From contig NC_057720.1 of assembly GCF_004010195.1 (NCBI RefSeq), positions 32,060,590-32,124,589 on the forward strand: a stretch of 64,000 bases of DNA, read 5' to 3'. Positions 1-12,711 of this stretch are shown here, one piece after another (positions within the stretch are counted from its first letter, which is position 1; each line of letters begins with the position of its first letter). Origin of the DNA: Chiloscyllium plagiosum (Eukaryota). The notes under the pieces are model-generated. The model saw nothing but the letters and a program-made list of their open reading frames with translations. It was not told where the DNA came from and searched no databases. The translations under genes and the position numbers were made by a program.

Positions 1-468
1 AGGAGGATGTGGAAGCTTTGGAAAGGGTGCAGAGGAGATTTACTAGGATGTTGCCTGGTATGGAAGGAATATCTTACAAGGAAAGGCTGAGGGCCTTGAG
101 GCTGTTCTCGTTAGAGAGAAGAAGGTTGAGAGGTGACTTAATAGAGACATACAAGATAATCAGAGGGTTAGATAGGGTGGACAGGGAGAGCCTTTTTCCA
201 AGTATGAGGACGGCAAACACGAGGGGACACAACTTTAAAGTGAGGGGAGATAGGTATAAGACAGATGTCAGAGGTAGTTTCTTTACTCAGAGAGTAGTAA
301 GGGTATGGAATGCTTTGCCTGCAACGGTAGTAGATTCGCCAAGTTTAAGTGCATTTAAGTCATCATTGGACAGGCATATGGACGTACATGGAATAGTGTA
401 GGTGGGATGGGCTTCAGATTGGTATGACAGGTCGGTGCAACATCGAGGGCCGTAATGTTCTATGTTCA
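1..468 (+). mobile_element. CR1/HER1-type LINE, 3' end of ORF2 plus 3' UTR
   Basis: ORF 9..401 LERVQRRFTRMLPG...RRLRGDLIETYKI...FFTQRVVRVWNALP is the typical CR1 ORF2 C-terminus; ends in atgttct repeats. Confidence 0.9.
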
Positions 469-479
469 TCTGCCTTCCC

Positions 480-2216
480 TGTTAGACCACTTGCATTGAA
501 ATCAATGTGGTTTAATTTATCAGTCCTACCTTATTCTCTGTTTTGTTCCTGCTTGCCCTGAATGTTTGACAATCTCCTTTTCCCAACTGTACCAGTCTCA
601 GACTGATCTCTTTCCTCACTATCTCTTTGGGTCCCACACCCCTACCTTTGTAGATTAAATCCTCCTGAGCAGCTCTAGCAAATTTCCCTGCCAGTATATT
701 AGTCCCCTTCCAATTCAGGTGCAATCCATCCTTCTTATGCAAGTCGCTTGTACCACAGAAGAGATTTCAATCATCCAGAAATGTGAACCCTTCTCCCCTG
801 CACCAACTCCTCAGCCACACATTCAACTGCTCCATCGTCCTATTCCTACACTTACTAGCTCATAGCACTGGGAGTAATCCAGATATTTCTACCCTCAAGA
901 ACCTCTTTTTTAAATTGCTGCCTATGTTTTAATTTCTCCCTTCAGAATCTCATTCTTTTCCCTTCCAACGTCATTAGTTCCAATGTACATAATGACTTCC
1001 TGCTGGTTCCACTCCCCTTGAGGATTTCTGAACTGTCTCCGAGATCCCTTTGACCCTGGCACCAGAGAGGCAACACACCCCTCTGACTTCTCCCTGCCAG
1101 CCGCAGGAATGTCTGTCTATGTCTCTGATTAGAGAGTCCCTAATCACAATTGATCATTTGGAACCTGAAGCACCCCTTGTTACATTAGAGCCAGTCTTGA
1201 TACTGGAAACATGGCTATTCATGCTACATTCCTCTGAGAGTCCATCACCCCCTACATGTTCCAAAACAGCATACTTGTTTGAGATAGGGAAAGCCACAGG
1301 TAACTCCTGTACTACCTGCCTCCCTCTTCTCCCATTCCTGGAGGTGCGTATGGTTTTTCTCCCTTCCTATAATTGCTATCCATCACACCTCCAGCTCCTG
1401 TAAATTCCTCATTGCGCCTAACTGCCATTCCAACCGATCCATGCCATCCAAAAGGGACCTAAGGGGCAACCTTTTCACTCAGAGGGTGGTACGTGTATGG
1501 AATGAGCTGCCAGAGGAAGTGGTGGAGGCAGGTACAATTGCCACATTTAAAAGGCATCTGGATGGGTATATGAATAGGAAGTGTTTGGAGGTATACGGGC
1601 CAGGTGCTGGCAGGTGGGACTGGATTGGGTTGCCATATCTGGTCGGCATGGACGAGTTGGACCGAAGGGTCTGTTTCCATGCTGTACATCTCTATGACTC
1701 TAGGCTAACTTAGTACCTATGTTTTATATTTTAAAAATTTAATCAAGAGACAGATCTCAATAAAACATATTAATCAAAAACGTACCCACTCTACTCACTA
1801 TTGTAGAATTACAGCAAGGTTACACTTAAAAACTAAGCATTTAGTTTCTTCCATGCTGTGAGCTCTCCCTCACAGGTTCCTCCAAGGTCAGCTGTGAATT
1901 TCTTTGTTCATTTTGATTCGATGAACTCCAATGTACAGAGATAGTTGAACTTAAACAGCAAAGGTAGTAACTGTGCAGATTCACTACAGTCTAGATTTCT
2001 TTCTCTGGCCATGTGGTCTCTGCCTTTGTTCTCTTCCTCCTTTTTAAACTGTCATTGTTTTGATTTTTTCCCCCCCAAAGATCCAAACAATGCAACAGCT
2101 TATAAAACAGTAATTACTGCTCCTGAAATTTGACGGAATCAGCTCTAACACCAAAAATACCTCAAAAAAGGAGCAGCTCATAGAGCCACAACTTTTCCCG
2201 TCCTCCATCTTGGATT
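480..2216 (-). mobile_element. 5' part of a CR1 LINE (5' UTR and decayed esterase-type ORF1), interrupted by an oppositely oriented CR1 3' fragment
   Basis: ORF 512..742 KKDGLHLNWKGTNILAGKF matches the DGLH motif of the CR1 ORF1 SGNH esterase; minus strand begins aatccaagatgg near 2216. Confidence 0.65.
1445..1702 (+). mobile_element. CR1/HER1 3' fragment
   Basis: RGNLFTQRVVRVWNELPEEVVEAGTIATFKRHLDGYM; tail ctctatgactcta. Confidence 0.9.
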
Positions 2217-2378
2217 ACCCAGAATCCATTATCATTTTATTGCTGACAGCATCGAGCAGTATTTCAGGGGAGCATCACTGAACATGGATGCTGGATTCAT
2301 GAACCCATTCTAAACACCAACTGGTCCTTCTATATTCCATTTTATCATTGCTCTTTAAATTGTCTAGTTTCATATGTT

Positions 2379-2575
2379 CGAGGAGAAGGTGAGGACTGCA
2401 GATGCTGGAGATCAGAGCTGAAAATGTGTTGCTGGAAAAGCACAGCAGGTCAGGCAGCATCCAAGGAACAGGTGAATCGACGCCTGAAGAAGGGCTTATG
2501 CCCGAAACGTCGATTCTCCTGTTCCTTGGATGCTGCCTGACTTGCTGCGCTTTTCCAGCAACACATTTTCAGCTA
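2379..2575 (+). mobile_element. Penelope-like foldback element with hammerhead core (family C)
   Basis: Inverted arms; core ctgaaga-a-gggc-ttat-gccc-gaaac-gtc at 2484-2511; 15-bp TSD ctagtttcatatgtt at 2364-2378 and 2573-2587. Confidence 0.8.
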
Positions 2576-3192
2576 GTTTCATATGTTGCCAACCAATCAG
2601 CATTTCCCTGTCACACAACGTAAGTGCTGTTTTCCCTTCGAAGGGTCTGTTGCCGTGCTGTATGACTCTATTTGTTTGTGATTCTTGAAAAGTGTCCTGA
2701 TGAGTGCAAGTCAAAAAGCTTTTTCAAAATAAATCTTTTCTTTTAGCTATATTCATGTTCTGCACTACTAACATTTTGAAGTGAAATTATTCCTTGGTAT
2801 ATTCCCAACATGGTACTCATGGAACACAACACCATCAACACCAAAACTTCCTAAGTGCCAGGTTCTGTTGATCTTTGTCTGCACCATGTATATATTTCTT
2901 ACAGGGATTCAAAAGAAGTCAGGTAAGTCCTAGAACCTCCAAAATGATGGGTAGGTACCAACTTGTGGTGACCACGAGTAACTCAGTCATGATTTCTGTC
3001 AAATAATTGTGTTTGGAACAAGGGCTGAAATTGGCATATGCAAGTAAAGGATAAGATCTCCTGTTAACATCAATTCCCCCACAAACCCTGTCAGTTGAAT
3101 TTGTTTTGTCAGTGTGTGTGAGAAATCTGTAAGAATTGTAATTATAGAACTGTCTTTTGTGATTCATGGGTATTAGAAATTATGGTAAATAT

Positions 3193-3472
3193 GGGGTGGC
3201 ACAGTGGCACAGTGGTTAGCACTGCTGCCTCACAGTGCCAGAGACCTGGGTTCAATTCCTGCCTCAGGCAATTTGCACATTCTCCCCGTGTCTGTGTGGG
3301 TTTCCTCCCACAGTCCAAAAATGTGCAGATTAGGTGAATTGGCCATGCTAAATTGCCCATAGTGTTAGGTGAAGGGGTAAATGTAAGGAATGGGTGGGTT
3401 GCTCTTCGAAGGGTCGGTGTGGACTTGTTGGGCTGAAGGGCCTGTTTCCACACTATAAGTAATCTAATCTAG
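3193..3472 (+). mobile_element. HE1-type tRNA-derived V-SINE
   Basis: tRNA-like head (gtggcacagtggttagcact...gggttcaattcc), V-domain ttctccccgtgtctg, CR1-like tail with aatct repeats. Confidence 0.9.
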
Positions 3473-3586
3473 TCTTTAAAAAAATGAGTCAAACCACAGC
3501 ACATTACAAGCTCAAACTGGTCAATACTGAAGTGCCTGAGATCAGATGACAGGGCAGAGCAAATGTCTATGAGTGTCATCGTCTTT

Positions 3587-3911
3587 TGATTAAGATTAGA
3601 TTACCTGCAGTGGGAAACAGGCCATTTGGCCCAACAAATCCACACCAACCCTCTGAAGTGTAACTCACCCAGACCATTTTTCCCTCTGAGTAATGCGCCT
3701 CACACTATGAGCAATTTAGCATGGCCAATTCACCTGACCTGCACATGTTTGGACTGTGGGAGGAAACCGAAGCACCCAGAGGCCATCCACGCAGACACGG
3801 GGAGAATGTGCAAACTCCACACAGACAGTCGCCCAAGGCTGGAATCAAACCTGGGTCCCTGGCACTGTGAGGCAGCAGTGCTAACCACTGAGCCACCGTG
3901 CCACCAATGCC
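3587..3911 (-). mobile_element. HE1-type V-SINE
   Basis: Reverse complement of the same head, V-domain and tail structure. Confidence 0.9.
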
Positions 3912-4683
3912 GGGCAAGGTCTCAGGGTTTGGGGTGGAGGAGGACATTGTAAGTGTGGATTCTGGAGATTGCAGGGATATAAAAGAATATCGATCATTCA
4001 TTGCTCTTGTTTCAATTTTTCATTTACCCTACATGTTCCTGATCAAAGGTGCACAGCCTCTGAAACCAAAGTTATGTGGTGATCCTAATCTGATTCCCTG
4101 CTAACATTCACTCTCTGATCTCTTATATGAAGAACAGCTACTCAGTGAAAGTGGTAAAGAGTTTCTGTTGACCATGAGTGAATACCTAGTAAGACCTGCT
4201 GCATTCAAACATAAGATTAAAGATCAAAGACAAATACAAGCTCAGTCCCTGGGAATGAGCGCCTGATAGTTGAGTGCTGAATAGGCTTCACTGTCACATT
4301 GCAACGTGTAGTCTATATTCGCTCATCAATTTCATGTCTGACAGGGTACAGCATCTTAGCTTTAATTATTCAGAGCTTCAGTAAACAAAAATGCAGAAGG
4401 ATGTGAAGAGAGGAAAGGCATCAGCAGAAAGCCAGCTAGTGACTGCTTCTTAATTTACACTGAATAAATTAGCTTCGTGTCTTTCAGTTCCGGACCACGT
4501 GAAGATGATGCTAAACCTTTCTCATGTGTGGATAGACGTGATTAACAATGTGAGAAGATGATGGTCTAAGAAAATGTCACTAGACCAATAATGTGAAAAT
4601 TGGAATAGAGAGGAATGATCCAACTCTTCTCTACTTTCTATACGAGTGATGAGTTTTGTATTCAATCTGTTTTATAACAAAAA

Positions 4684-4810
4684 AGAAAGAACTGTGGATG
4701 CTGGAAATTAGAAACAAAAACACAAATTGCTAGAGAAATTCAGTGGGTCTGGCAGCATCTATGGAGAAAAAGCAGAGTTAATGTTTTGGGTCGAGTGACC
4801 TTTCTTCAGT
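4684..4810 (-). mobile_element. Penelope-like fragment with degenerate hammerhead (family B)
   Basis: Minus strand ctgaaga-aaggtcactcgaccc-aaaacatt; homologous to 10585-10818. Confidence 0.65.
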
Positions 4811-4919
4811 ACACCCATGTCCCTCCACACCAACTACTCATTCCGTTGTAAATTTGGATGTTTCATACTGGAATCTAGAAAAGGAGAATAGAGCTGCTTT
4901 GGGATCTGGATTTCCTGGA

Positions 4920-5770
4920 ATCTGGGAAAAAACTGTTTTTCCTTATCTCTGACCTAAAAGAGATACCCCAACATTTTTAAACAGTGCCCTCTAATTTTGG
5001 ACTCACTCACAGGAGGGAACATCCTGTCCACATTCACCTTGTCAAGACTATTCAGGATCTTATACTCTTCATTAAGTCACCCCCAACTCTTTAAACTCCA
5101 TGGAAATAAGCCCAGTCTGTCAAACCTATTCTCATAAGCCAACCCTTTCAGATCACATATCAACCTAGTAAGCTTCTCTGACCTGTCTCCAATGCATTTA
5201 CAGCTTTCCTTTGTTATGAGAGGAATTGAACAAAAAAAAGGGTGCAATTCTTCAATTAGACAGGATATTGGTGAGACCACATCTCGGATGCTCTGTGCAG
5301 TTTTGGACTCCTCATTGAAGGAAAGTGGCAAATGCATTGGAAACAGGTCAGAGAAGATTAGATTACCTACAGTGTGGAAACAGGCCCTTCAGCCCAACAA
5401 GTCGACACCAACCCGCCGAAGCGCACCCACCCAGACCCATTCCCCTACATTTAACCCCCCTAACACTACAGGCAATTTAGCTTGGCCAATTCACCTAACC
5501 TGCACATTTTTGGACTGTGGGAGGAAACCGGAGCACCTGGAGGAAACCCACACAGACACGGGGAGAACGTGCAAACTCCACACAGTCAGTCCCTGAGGCA
5601 GTGAACCCGGGTCTCTGGTGCAGTGCTAACCACTGTGCCACCGTGCCGCCCCCACTAAGAAGCTTACTAGATTTTTTTTGTTCAATTCCTCTCGTAATAA
5701 AGGAAAGCATCTCATAGCCTTCTTGATTACACACTATATCTGCATTCTAAAGATGATTCATACACTAAAT
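4920..5770 (-). mobile_element. Old CR1 fragment with an internal inversion and a nested SINE
   Basis: CR1-like translation (LKGLAYENRFDRLGLF) on -, a + oriented CR1 piece at about 5204-5356, flanking inverted duplications. Confidence 0.65.
5357..5654 (-). mobile_element. HE1-type V-SINE
   Basis: Same SINE structure, reverse strand. Confidence 0.9.
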
Positions 5771-5949
5771 CACTGCAGCTCAAGTATCAGCCGTTGTTCT
5801 CCGGTTTATATAATATTCTGGATTTTGATTCTTGGTTGAGAAATTCTTCCAAAGACCATTTCACTCAGGATTTTTAAAGGCAGATGTAGTACAGATTTTC
5901 ATCCCATCAGCTAAGGTCAGCCCCTCATGATGGAATAGTTGTCAAAGTT

Positions 5950-6700
5950 GCAACTGCTGACTGCACAGAAAATCTTTCTGGAATGGACCAGGCTGTGGAG
6001 GCATTTCTTGTTGTAGGCCAGCTCGGGATTTGTGTCTAGATCTGTGTTGGAGCAATGGGTCAGGACTGGAGAACCCAATCACCTTTTTGCCAACCATTAG
6101 TCTGATAGCCTGCTTGAGACAAAAGTGGTACAAAGAATAAACACACTGTGGCTGCTGGCAACATACTAAGCTCAGACTTAAAATGTGCTGCCTATGGTCA
6201 CAAATCATTGAAGGATTGGAATCCATCTCCATTGAGAAAGATCCCAGGCCAGTGACAGAGCGTACACATGGCAATGTGAGTGCAGTGTACAGCACATTTC
6301 ACCCTGGGTAAGCTTTTTAATGTGAATAAAGCTATGTACTCTCTCGTTCTGCCCCACTTTATCAATGGCAAAAGACATGTGGGTGTTCTGTCTCATGTGG
6401 ATTGCTTTGGTGACTTCCTTGACATAGCAATGGACAGCAAACAGAGAGATGCCCAATTTTGCAGCCTTGATAGTGCTCGTGCCTCAAACGTGCACGGCCA
6501 TGTTGACCTTGGCAGCCACAGACAATATTGTCTGCTTCCTGGATTCAGCTGTCAATAGAGTGAAAGGCATAAGTAATAATCAGCTTACGGTGGACATACC
6601 TAAGACTCACTGTGGTTAGCACCTCCTGTTCAGGGACTACCTCACTAATACTGTCGTTAGAGATATTCCTCTCTCTTGACTTTCTTCTGCTCCCACACCC
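5950..6700 (-). pseudogene. Decayed PIF/Harbinger (HARBI1-like) transposase remnant
   Basis: Minus-strand peptides VAAKVNMAVHV, GISLFAVHCYVKEVTKAIHMR and ICDHRQHIL occur in the order of Harbinger transposase motifs (VAVKVTVAL, GISQSAVHRCIRQVTDAL, VCDH); many stops and frameshifts. Confidence 0.6.
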
Positions 6701-8388
6701 TTTGAACCCGCGACTGATTTGAAACTGCCAGTCCAAAAAACGTTGCAATACCAGTAAGACTATTTGGCAGTAAAACTCAAAGTCAGATAAGCAGGCCAAA
6801 AAACATAATCAGCTACCCATATGACAAAGCAAAAATAACCTGTAAATACTGCTGCAAAAAATGTCACTAAAAGTCCAGATACCTTTGGCAGAATGGTTTT
6901 ATCACCTAGCAAATCCAGAGCTAGCATATGCTGATATCAAGCAGAATGAGCGGAAAGATCTCGATCTCAGTGTTTACCATTATTATAGATTACACCTTGT
7001 AGCAACACACTTCAATACAACAAGCAACATTAATCTGCCTTGTAATTAATGCTCTTTTTTTTCTTTTCCAATTGCGTGTTTATCCATCTGAAAAAAAGTT
7101 GTTTATCCTCAAATGCATAGGCTATAGCATCTGGAAGAAGGTTCAGCCACTTACTATTGATCAGTTTTAACTTGCAAACACATGTAATCCGCACTTGACC
7201 TTGGCATTGCATGCAAGTGAAGTATTTTCTGACACTAAATTAATGAATTGGGAGCAAATTTGCAATGTCCCAACTTATTAATATAAAGACTAGAAAACTT
7301 CAATTTGTTTGAAATATATTTTAATATATATGCATTTTTTTTTTCTGAAGAGCAAGGATGCCATGAAAAGATAGTACTTTTTTAGCTTTAAATAGAGCAA
7401 CAGAACCCGTGGCAGGTGATCATACTATTTTATGCCATTGTGTTCCTGTACAGTTTCGAAAACAATAGCTATTGGATGGTGAGAAGTGGGCACTGTCTTG
7501 TTTGCACAAACAATTTCACTTTGTTAATCATTTTTATTCATATATCAGAATACTCTATTCATCTTTGGTTCTTTTAAATGGTTGTAAAGAGAGAAACGAT
7601 CATTTCAGCTGTTAATAATATTTGTGTCACCAGACTTCACAACAAGCAGGATTTCCTCTGACATTGTTTCCTGTGAGTGCTGTTTTGACACTGAGCCTGA
7701 CCCACATTATTCAATGTCAATTGGAAAACTTTTAAAGTACATATATACATATTATATTTGTGACCATAGGTGTAAATAAATGGATATATATATCATCTTT
7801 GAAAATACGTCTGCAAAAAATTTATCTGATGATAAAATACTTGTGGAATAATAGCAATTGTATTTTTCTGAATGAGTCGCTATCATAAAATATATATTAA
7901 GGTATGTTCAGAGGTTGGAGAGCTCAGCATGACCAAGTATTGTAAACCTATCTCTAATCCACGCTCCCTTCAATCTCTGCCTTCAACATTTGGAGGATGG
8001 GATCGCTGAATTTGCTTCATTAAATAAAAATGCAGGAAGAAAAGAGTTTGTGAATGAAATATTCCACCTGTCACACAGTTCTCCATGATGTTATTTCCTT
8101 GCAGCATTTATTTGTGTTGGCCAGTAAAATGCTGCCTTACTTAGTACGAGTTTATATTTAAGAATTGCCTTTTGCATTTTGACACCTACCTAATTACCAT
8201 TGAAACATAGTTGCTGTTAAAGATAGACCAATTAACACTTTTTTAATGGTTTTACTTAAGTGATGACACTGGAAAATCTCCCCATTTGCCTTTGATTGTA
8301 CAATGGGATCATTTACCTCTGAATAGACAGATGAAGCCTGCAATTCAGCACTCCCTTTGTAAAGCATCAAAGTAATATCCTGGATTAT

Positions 8389-9022
8389 AAAGTCATAGAA
8401 ATGTACAGCATGGAAACAGACCCTTCGGTCCAACCCATCCATGCTGACCAGATATCCCAACCCAATCTAGTCCCACCTGCCAGCACCCGGCCCATATCCC
8501 TCCAAACCCTTCCTATTCAAATACCCAGTCAAATACTTCTTAAATGTTGCATTTGCACAGCCTCCACCACTCCCTCTGGCAGCTCATTCCATACCCGTAC
8601 CATCCTCTGCGTGAACAAATTGCCCCTTAAGTCTCTTTTATATTTTTCCCTCACACCCTAAACCTATGCCCTCTAGTTCTGGACTCCCCGATCCCAGGGA
8701 AAAGACTTTGCCTATTTACCCCGTTCATGCCCTTCATAATTTTGTAAACCTCTATAAGGTCACCCCTCAGCCTCCGACGCTCCAGGGAAAACAGCCCCAG
8801 CTGGTTCAGCCTCTCCCTGTAGCTCAAATCCTCCAACCCTGGCAACATCCTTGTAATCTTTTCTGAACCCTTTCAAGTTTCACAACATCTTTCTGATAGG
8901 AAGGAGACCGGAATTGCATGCAATATTCCAACAGTGGCCTACCCAATGTCCTGTACAGCCACAACATGACCTCCCAACTCCTGTACTCAATACTCTGACC
9001 AATAAAGGAAAGCATACCAAAC
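8389..9022 (-). mobile_element. CR1/HER1 3' fragment
   Basis: ORFs 8651..8848 and 8824..9015 (RPLLEYC...RRLRGDLIEVYKIM). Confidence 0.9.
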
Positions 9023-10584
9023 CAAATTAGTAATTACATGGAAAAAATGTGGGTTGATCAGGAAAAGTCAGCATGGATTTCCAAAGTGAAATAATTCCTA
9101 ATTTCTCCTTGAATTAGCTGAAATTTCCTCCAAGTAAACACGGGGAAAATTAAATTCATTTTCTTACATCTCCAGCATGATGTGTTTTCTTTAGCTGTTG
9201 ATTCAGTTATCCTCTCCAGCCAATACTTAAGGCTGAACCAGACTGTTTGCACAGTTTGGTATCTATTTAATCCCATGATTTGCTTCTGATTCCATACCCA
9301 TCTCTTCACAAAGACTCCCTGCTTGCACATCTATAATATTATCTGTACCTCAGGCCTTTGCTGTTGAAATCCTTACTCATGGTTTTGTTACCTTAAAATT
9401 TAGCTGTTTCAATCCTCTGAGCTAGCTTCCAATTTTGCATCCTTTGTAAGTGTAAACTTACCCAAAACAATTTGACTAAGCATGTATGGTAGGGTCACCT
9501 GGAGAAACCTATCTAATTATGTGTTTCAGTTGATACAGTTGTCAGATAGCCTCTTTCTGAATGTTTGGCTGATTTTCAATGATCATTGATGATTATCTCA
9601 GCAGGGTCTATTTACTGTGGTTGACATAGGGTGTTATTTTGATTTGTTGATATCTTATTGAGGTTTTAATGATTGATTTTCTAATGTTCATGTTTATTTG
9701 GACAGGTTTAAGTGATGTGAACTGATTGATACTGAAACCATGAATGGCAGCATCTAATTTACACTTTTATAAGTCGCAGTTTTATCGAAGCCTTTTTTAT
9801 TGGATGTTTTTTCTTTCTTGAGCATTTCAAGACATATCAAGCAAAAAGTGGAGTGCTATGTCACTGATTATAGTTAGTGTAACAAAGCAATGTTGTATCA
9901 TTCTGCAGTACATGGTAAGATCTGAGAAATACACATTGATTTCAGTTCCAGCACTTGTATCAAAGTAAAACTATTTTTTAAGTTCTGTTGTGGGAACCAC
10001 AAGACATATCAGAAATTAAATAAGCAAACTTTCAATCTATATTTATGTGAGAAAAATCAATTCATGATTTTTATGTCAAATCCCATGATTTTCAAAGTGT
10101 TTGTTTCTTGATTTAGGAGGTTGGTGGAAATGCCTTTGAATAAATTGCATTTACAGCTGCAGTACTGACTTTCTACCAGCAGATGACAGTGTCATACTTG
10201 CAGTCCTGTATTGCTGTAACCAATCTGGGACACATGCAAAGCCACCCGTCTCTCCAGCAACTGCTGTTGATCCCTTCTCTCAGGCCCCACAAACTGACTT
10301 GGCACTCTCTCTCACAACTTGACTGAATTACAGACCTGCATCTTGTCATGCTACTTGCATACCTAACCAGAATACTTTGACGTCCAGCAGTAAGTAACAA
10401 CTTGCATTTGAGTTATGCGAAGGGGCAAATCTCATAAACCCGCTCCACCCTGACAGTGCTTGATTTGGTGTCAGTGCTAGGAATCCAGTCAGTGGCAAGT
10501 ACGTCCGGGTATGAGGAGAGGGAGAATTGGGCCAGCAGTGGACAAAAAGGGCACTTTAGAGGCAGGGTAGGCCATTCATGATTA

Positions 10585-10818
10585 AAAACCGAAAGAACTG
10601 CAGTAGTTTTAAATCAGAAACAAAAACAGAAGTTGCTGGAAAAGCTAAGCAGGTCTGGCAGCACCTGCGGAGAGAAATCAGAGTTAACGTTTCGGGTCAG
10701 GTGACCCTTCCTCAGAACTGAGTGAGGAAGGGTCACCAGAATGGAAACGTTAACTTTGATTTCTGTTCACAGATGCTGCCGGACCTGCTGAGCTTTTCCA
10801 AAAACTTCTGTTTTTGTA
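10585..10818. mobile_element. Penelope-like foldback element (family B)
   Basis: Long inverted arms; degenerate 15-bp direct repeat gtaggccattcatga / gtaggtcacccaaga at the flanks. Confidence 0.75.
10682..10719 (-). ncRNA. Minimal type I hammerhead ribozyme motif
   Basis: Minus strand agtt-CTGAGGA-a-gggtc-acct-gaccc-GAAA-c-GTT-aact: stem I agtt/aact, 5-bp stem II, palindromic ACGT stem III. Confidence 0.75.
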
Positions 10819-11119
10819 GGTCACCCAAGAGGTGGGAGTGGTGCAAAAGTCTGAGAAAGCCTGCTGTGCCTTGCAGAGACGATCCCTCCTTGAAACCTAA
10901 TGGCAATGACACTTAGCCAAAGTAACATAAGATTTAGCCCATTTTAAAAGTTCAACTTTCCTCAATTTAGTTTTAAGTCCCCAGTCTCAGAATCACCTCC
11001 GTTGCTTTCCATTTTAGTTGAAAGTTCTCTCAGTCAGTTCTTCACTCTTCCGCAAGGGGCCTCTCACAGCTACATTGCCAATTATTCCCTTCTTGTGAAG
11101 GAATTAAATTGCCTTTGTT

Positions 11120-11620
11120 CAGCAGAACCGTAGCCACTTTTGGAATATCGCACGCAATTCTGGTCTCCCTCCTATCGGAAGGATGTTGTGAAATGTGAGG
11201 GGGTTCAGAGGGGATTTGCAGGGATGTTGCCACGGTTGGAGGGTTTGGGTGGTGGGGAGAAGCCAAGCAGACTGCGACTGTTTCACCTTGCATGCTGGAG
11301 GCTGAAGTTTATAAAATCATGAGAGGCGTGGATAAGGTAAATGGGTTAGGGTGGGTGGGACGGGTGGTGAAGGGAAGGTTTGAAGGGGATGTAGGGGGCA
11401 GCTTTTTCATTCGGAGGGCGGTGTGTGTGTGGGGTGGGCTGCTGGGGGAGGCAGTCGCAACATTTGGAGGGCATCTGGATGGGTGAATGAATGGGAAGGT
11501 GTTGGAGGAATATGGACCAGATGCTGGCAAACAGGACTAGAGTGATTCTGGATATCTGGTTGGCAGAAACGAGTTGGACCGAAGGGCCTGTTTCTGTGCT
11601 GTATATCTCTATGATGCTAT
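11120..11620 (+). mobile_element. CR1/HER1 3' fragment
   Basis: EYRTQFWSPSYRKDVV...VYKIMRGVDKV; CR1 tail. Confidence 0.85.
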
Positions 11621-11899
11621 TTAAAGTGTGATCGCAGAGCTGTGGAAGAGTGGATTTGACTACAACAATGAGAGGATTTGTCACCACCTTGTGGTGAGAG
11701 TCAAGTGCTACATCTAAAACTTTGGTGATGGCATCCTGTTAAAACTGACAAGGACAGATTTCCTGATGTATTAAAGCCCAATAGGGTGAGTGCAGATGGA
11801 GTGAAACTTGTTGAGAAAATTGTGTGGAAATATTGTCTATGAAGTTGCTGCCAATTTAGTGTCACATCTAATTTTCTGTTTACCTCGATACAAGAGAGC

Positions 11900-11992
11900 C
11901 TTGCTGGTGTGCTTCCAATTAAACCTGTAACCTGGTGTTGTGTGATTTTTAACTTTGTACACCCCAGTCCAACACCAGCATCTCCAAATCAT
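11900..11992 (+). mobile_element. Fragment of Penelope-like family A
   Basis: gtgcttccaattaaacctg...aactttgtacaccccagtccaacaccagcatctccaaatca is homologous to the arms of 14887-15085. Confidence 0.7.
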
Positions 11993-12399
11993 TGCTACCT
12001 TCCAGTTGATTGTTTTAAAATTAGTCCACAACAAAGCATATTAAATATCTATAGATTGTATACACTCATACAGAAGTTAAGTCTGTCAGTCTAAGTCTTT
12101 AGCCAAAAAGACCTTTATACATTTGCATCTTAGGGGCATTGAAGTCCAGCCTCTCCCTTCAAAGAACACAGGTCAGAGGGCTGTTTCTACCAACCTCACC
12201 CCCAAATCTGGCACAAATAGAGCCAAGAAGTATTTTAATTACTGAATTTCTATTTGCAAATAAATAAGAACCCTCATAGGGAAGAGCATTCATTACTGTA
12301 CACTGAATTCATCAGATTTGTTAGATTCATCAAAAACAAAAGCCATATACTCAAATTTGCTCACTTCTCTTTGCAGTACTGAAATGAATACGACATAGC

Positions 12400-12705
12400 A
12401 GCAGAACATGCACTTGGGCGTGTATTAGAAACTATAAAAATCACCCTCCTCCGCATCTTCAATATCGTATAACACATCCCAGTCTGCTCTTTAAATGTAT
12501 CATCATATAGATCAACAACACTAACGTCATCAGCAAACAGATCACAACCAAGTACTCTGTGCCATCAAGTGCACTGGAAATCGCATAATTCTTAATGATA
12601 AAATGGCAATTTCTATTCGAATTTCAACCTAGGTCTTTATGATCCATTCACAGCATTGCTGACATCGGAACCCTTATGCTGCGTCCCTTATAAAGCAGAT
12701 GAACA
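12400..12705 (-). pseudogene. pogo/Tigger-type transposase C-terminal remnant
   Basis: Minus strand CEWIIKT*VEIP...AISSALDGTE followed by an acidic tail (EDAEEGDFY), resembling the pogo-family end CEWI..AW..I...CGISNALDG.EDD. Confidence 0.5.
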
Positions 12706-12711
12706 TACAGT

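Noticed and set aside
2402..2623. Recurrent small ORFs such as LEKHSRSGSI / CCLTCCAFP
   Set aside because: Incidental translations of the non-coding foldback repeat arms
3193..3270. tRNA gene-like sequences (also at the other SINE heads)
   Set aside because: They are the tRNA-derived heads of HE1-type SINEs, continuous with the V-domain and tail
10176..10189. CTCF-like motif ccagcagatgacag
   Set aside because: Mismatch in the core and expected by chance in 64 kb
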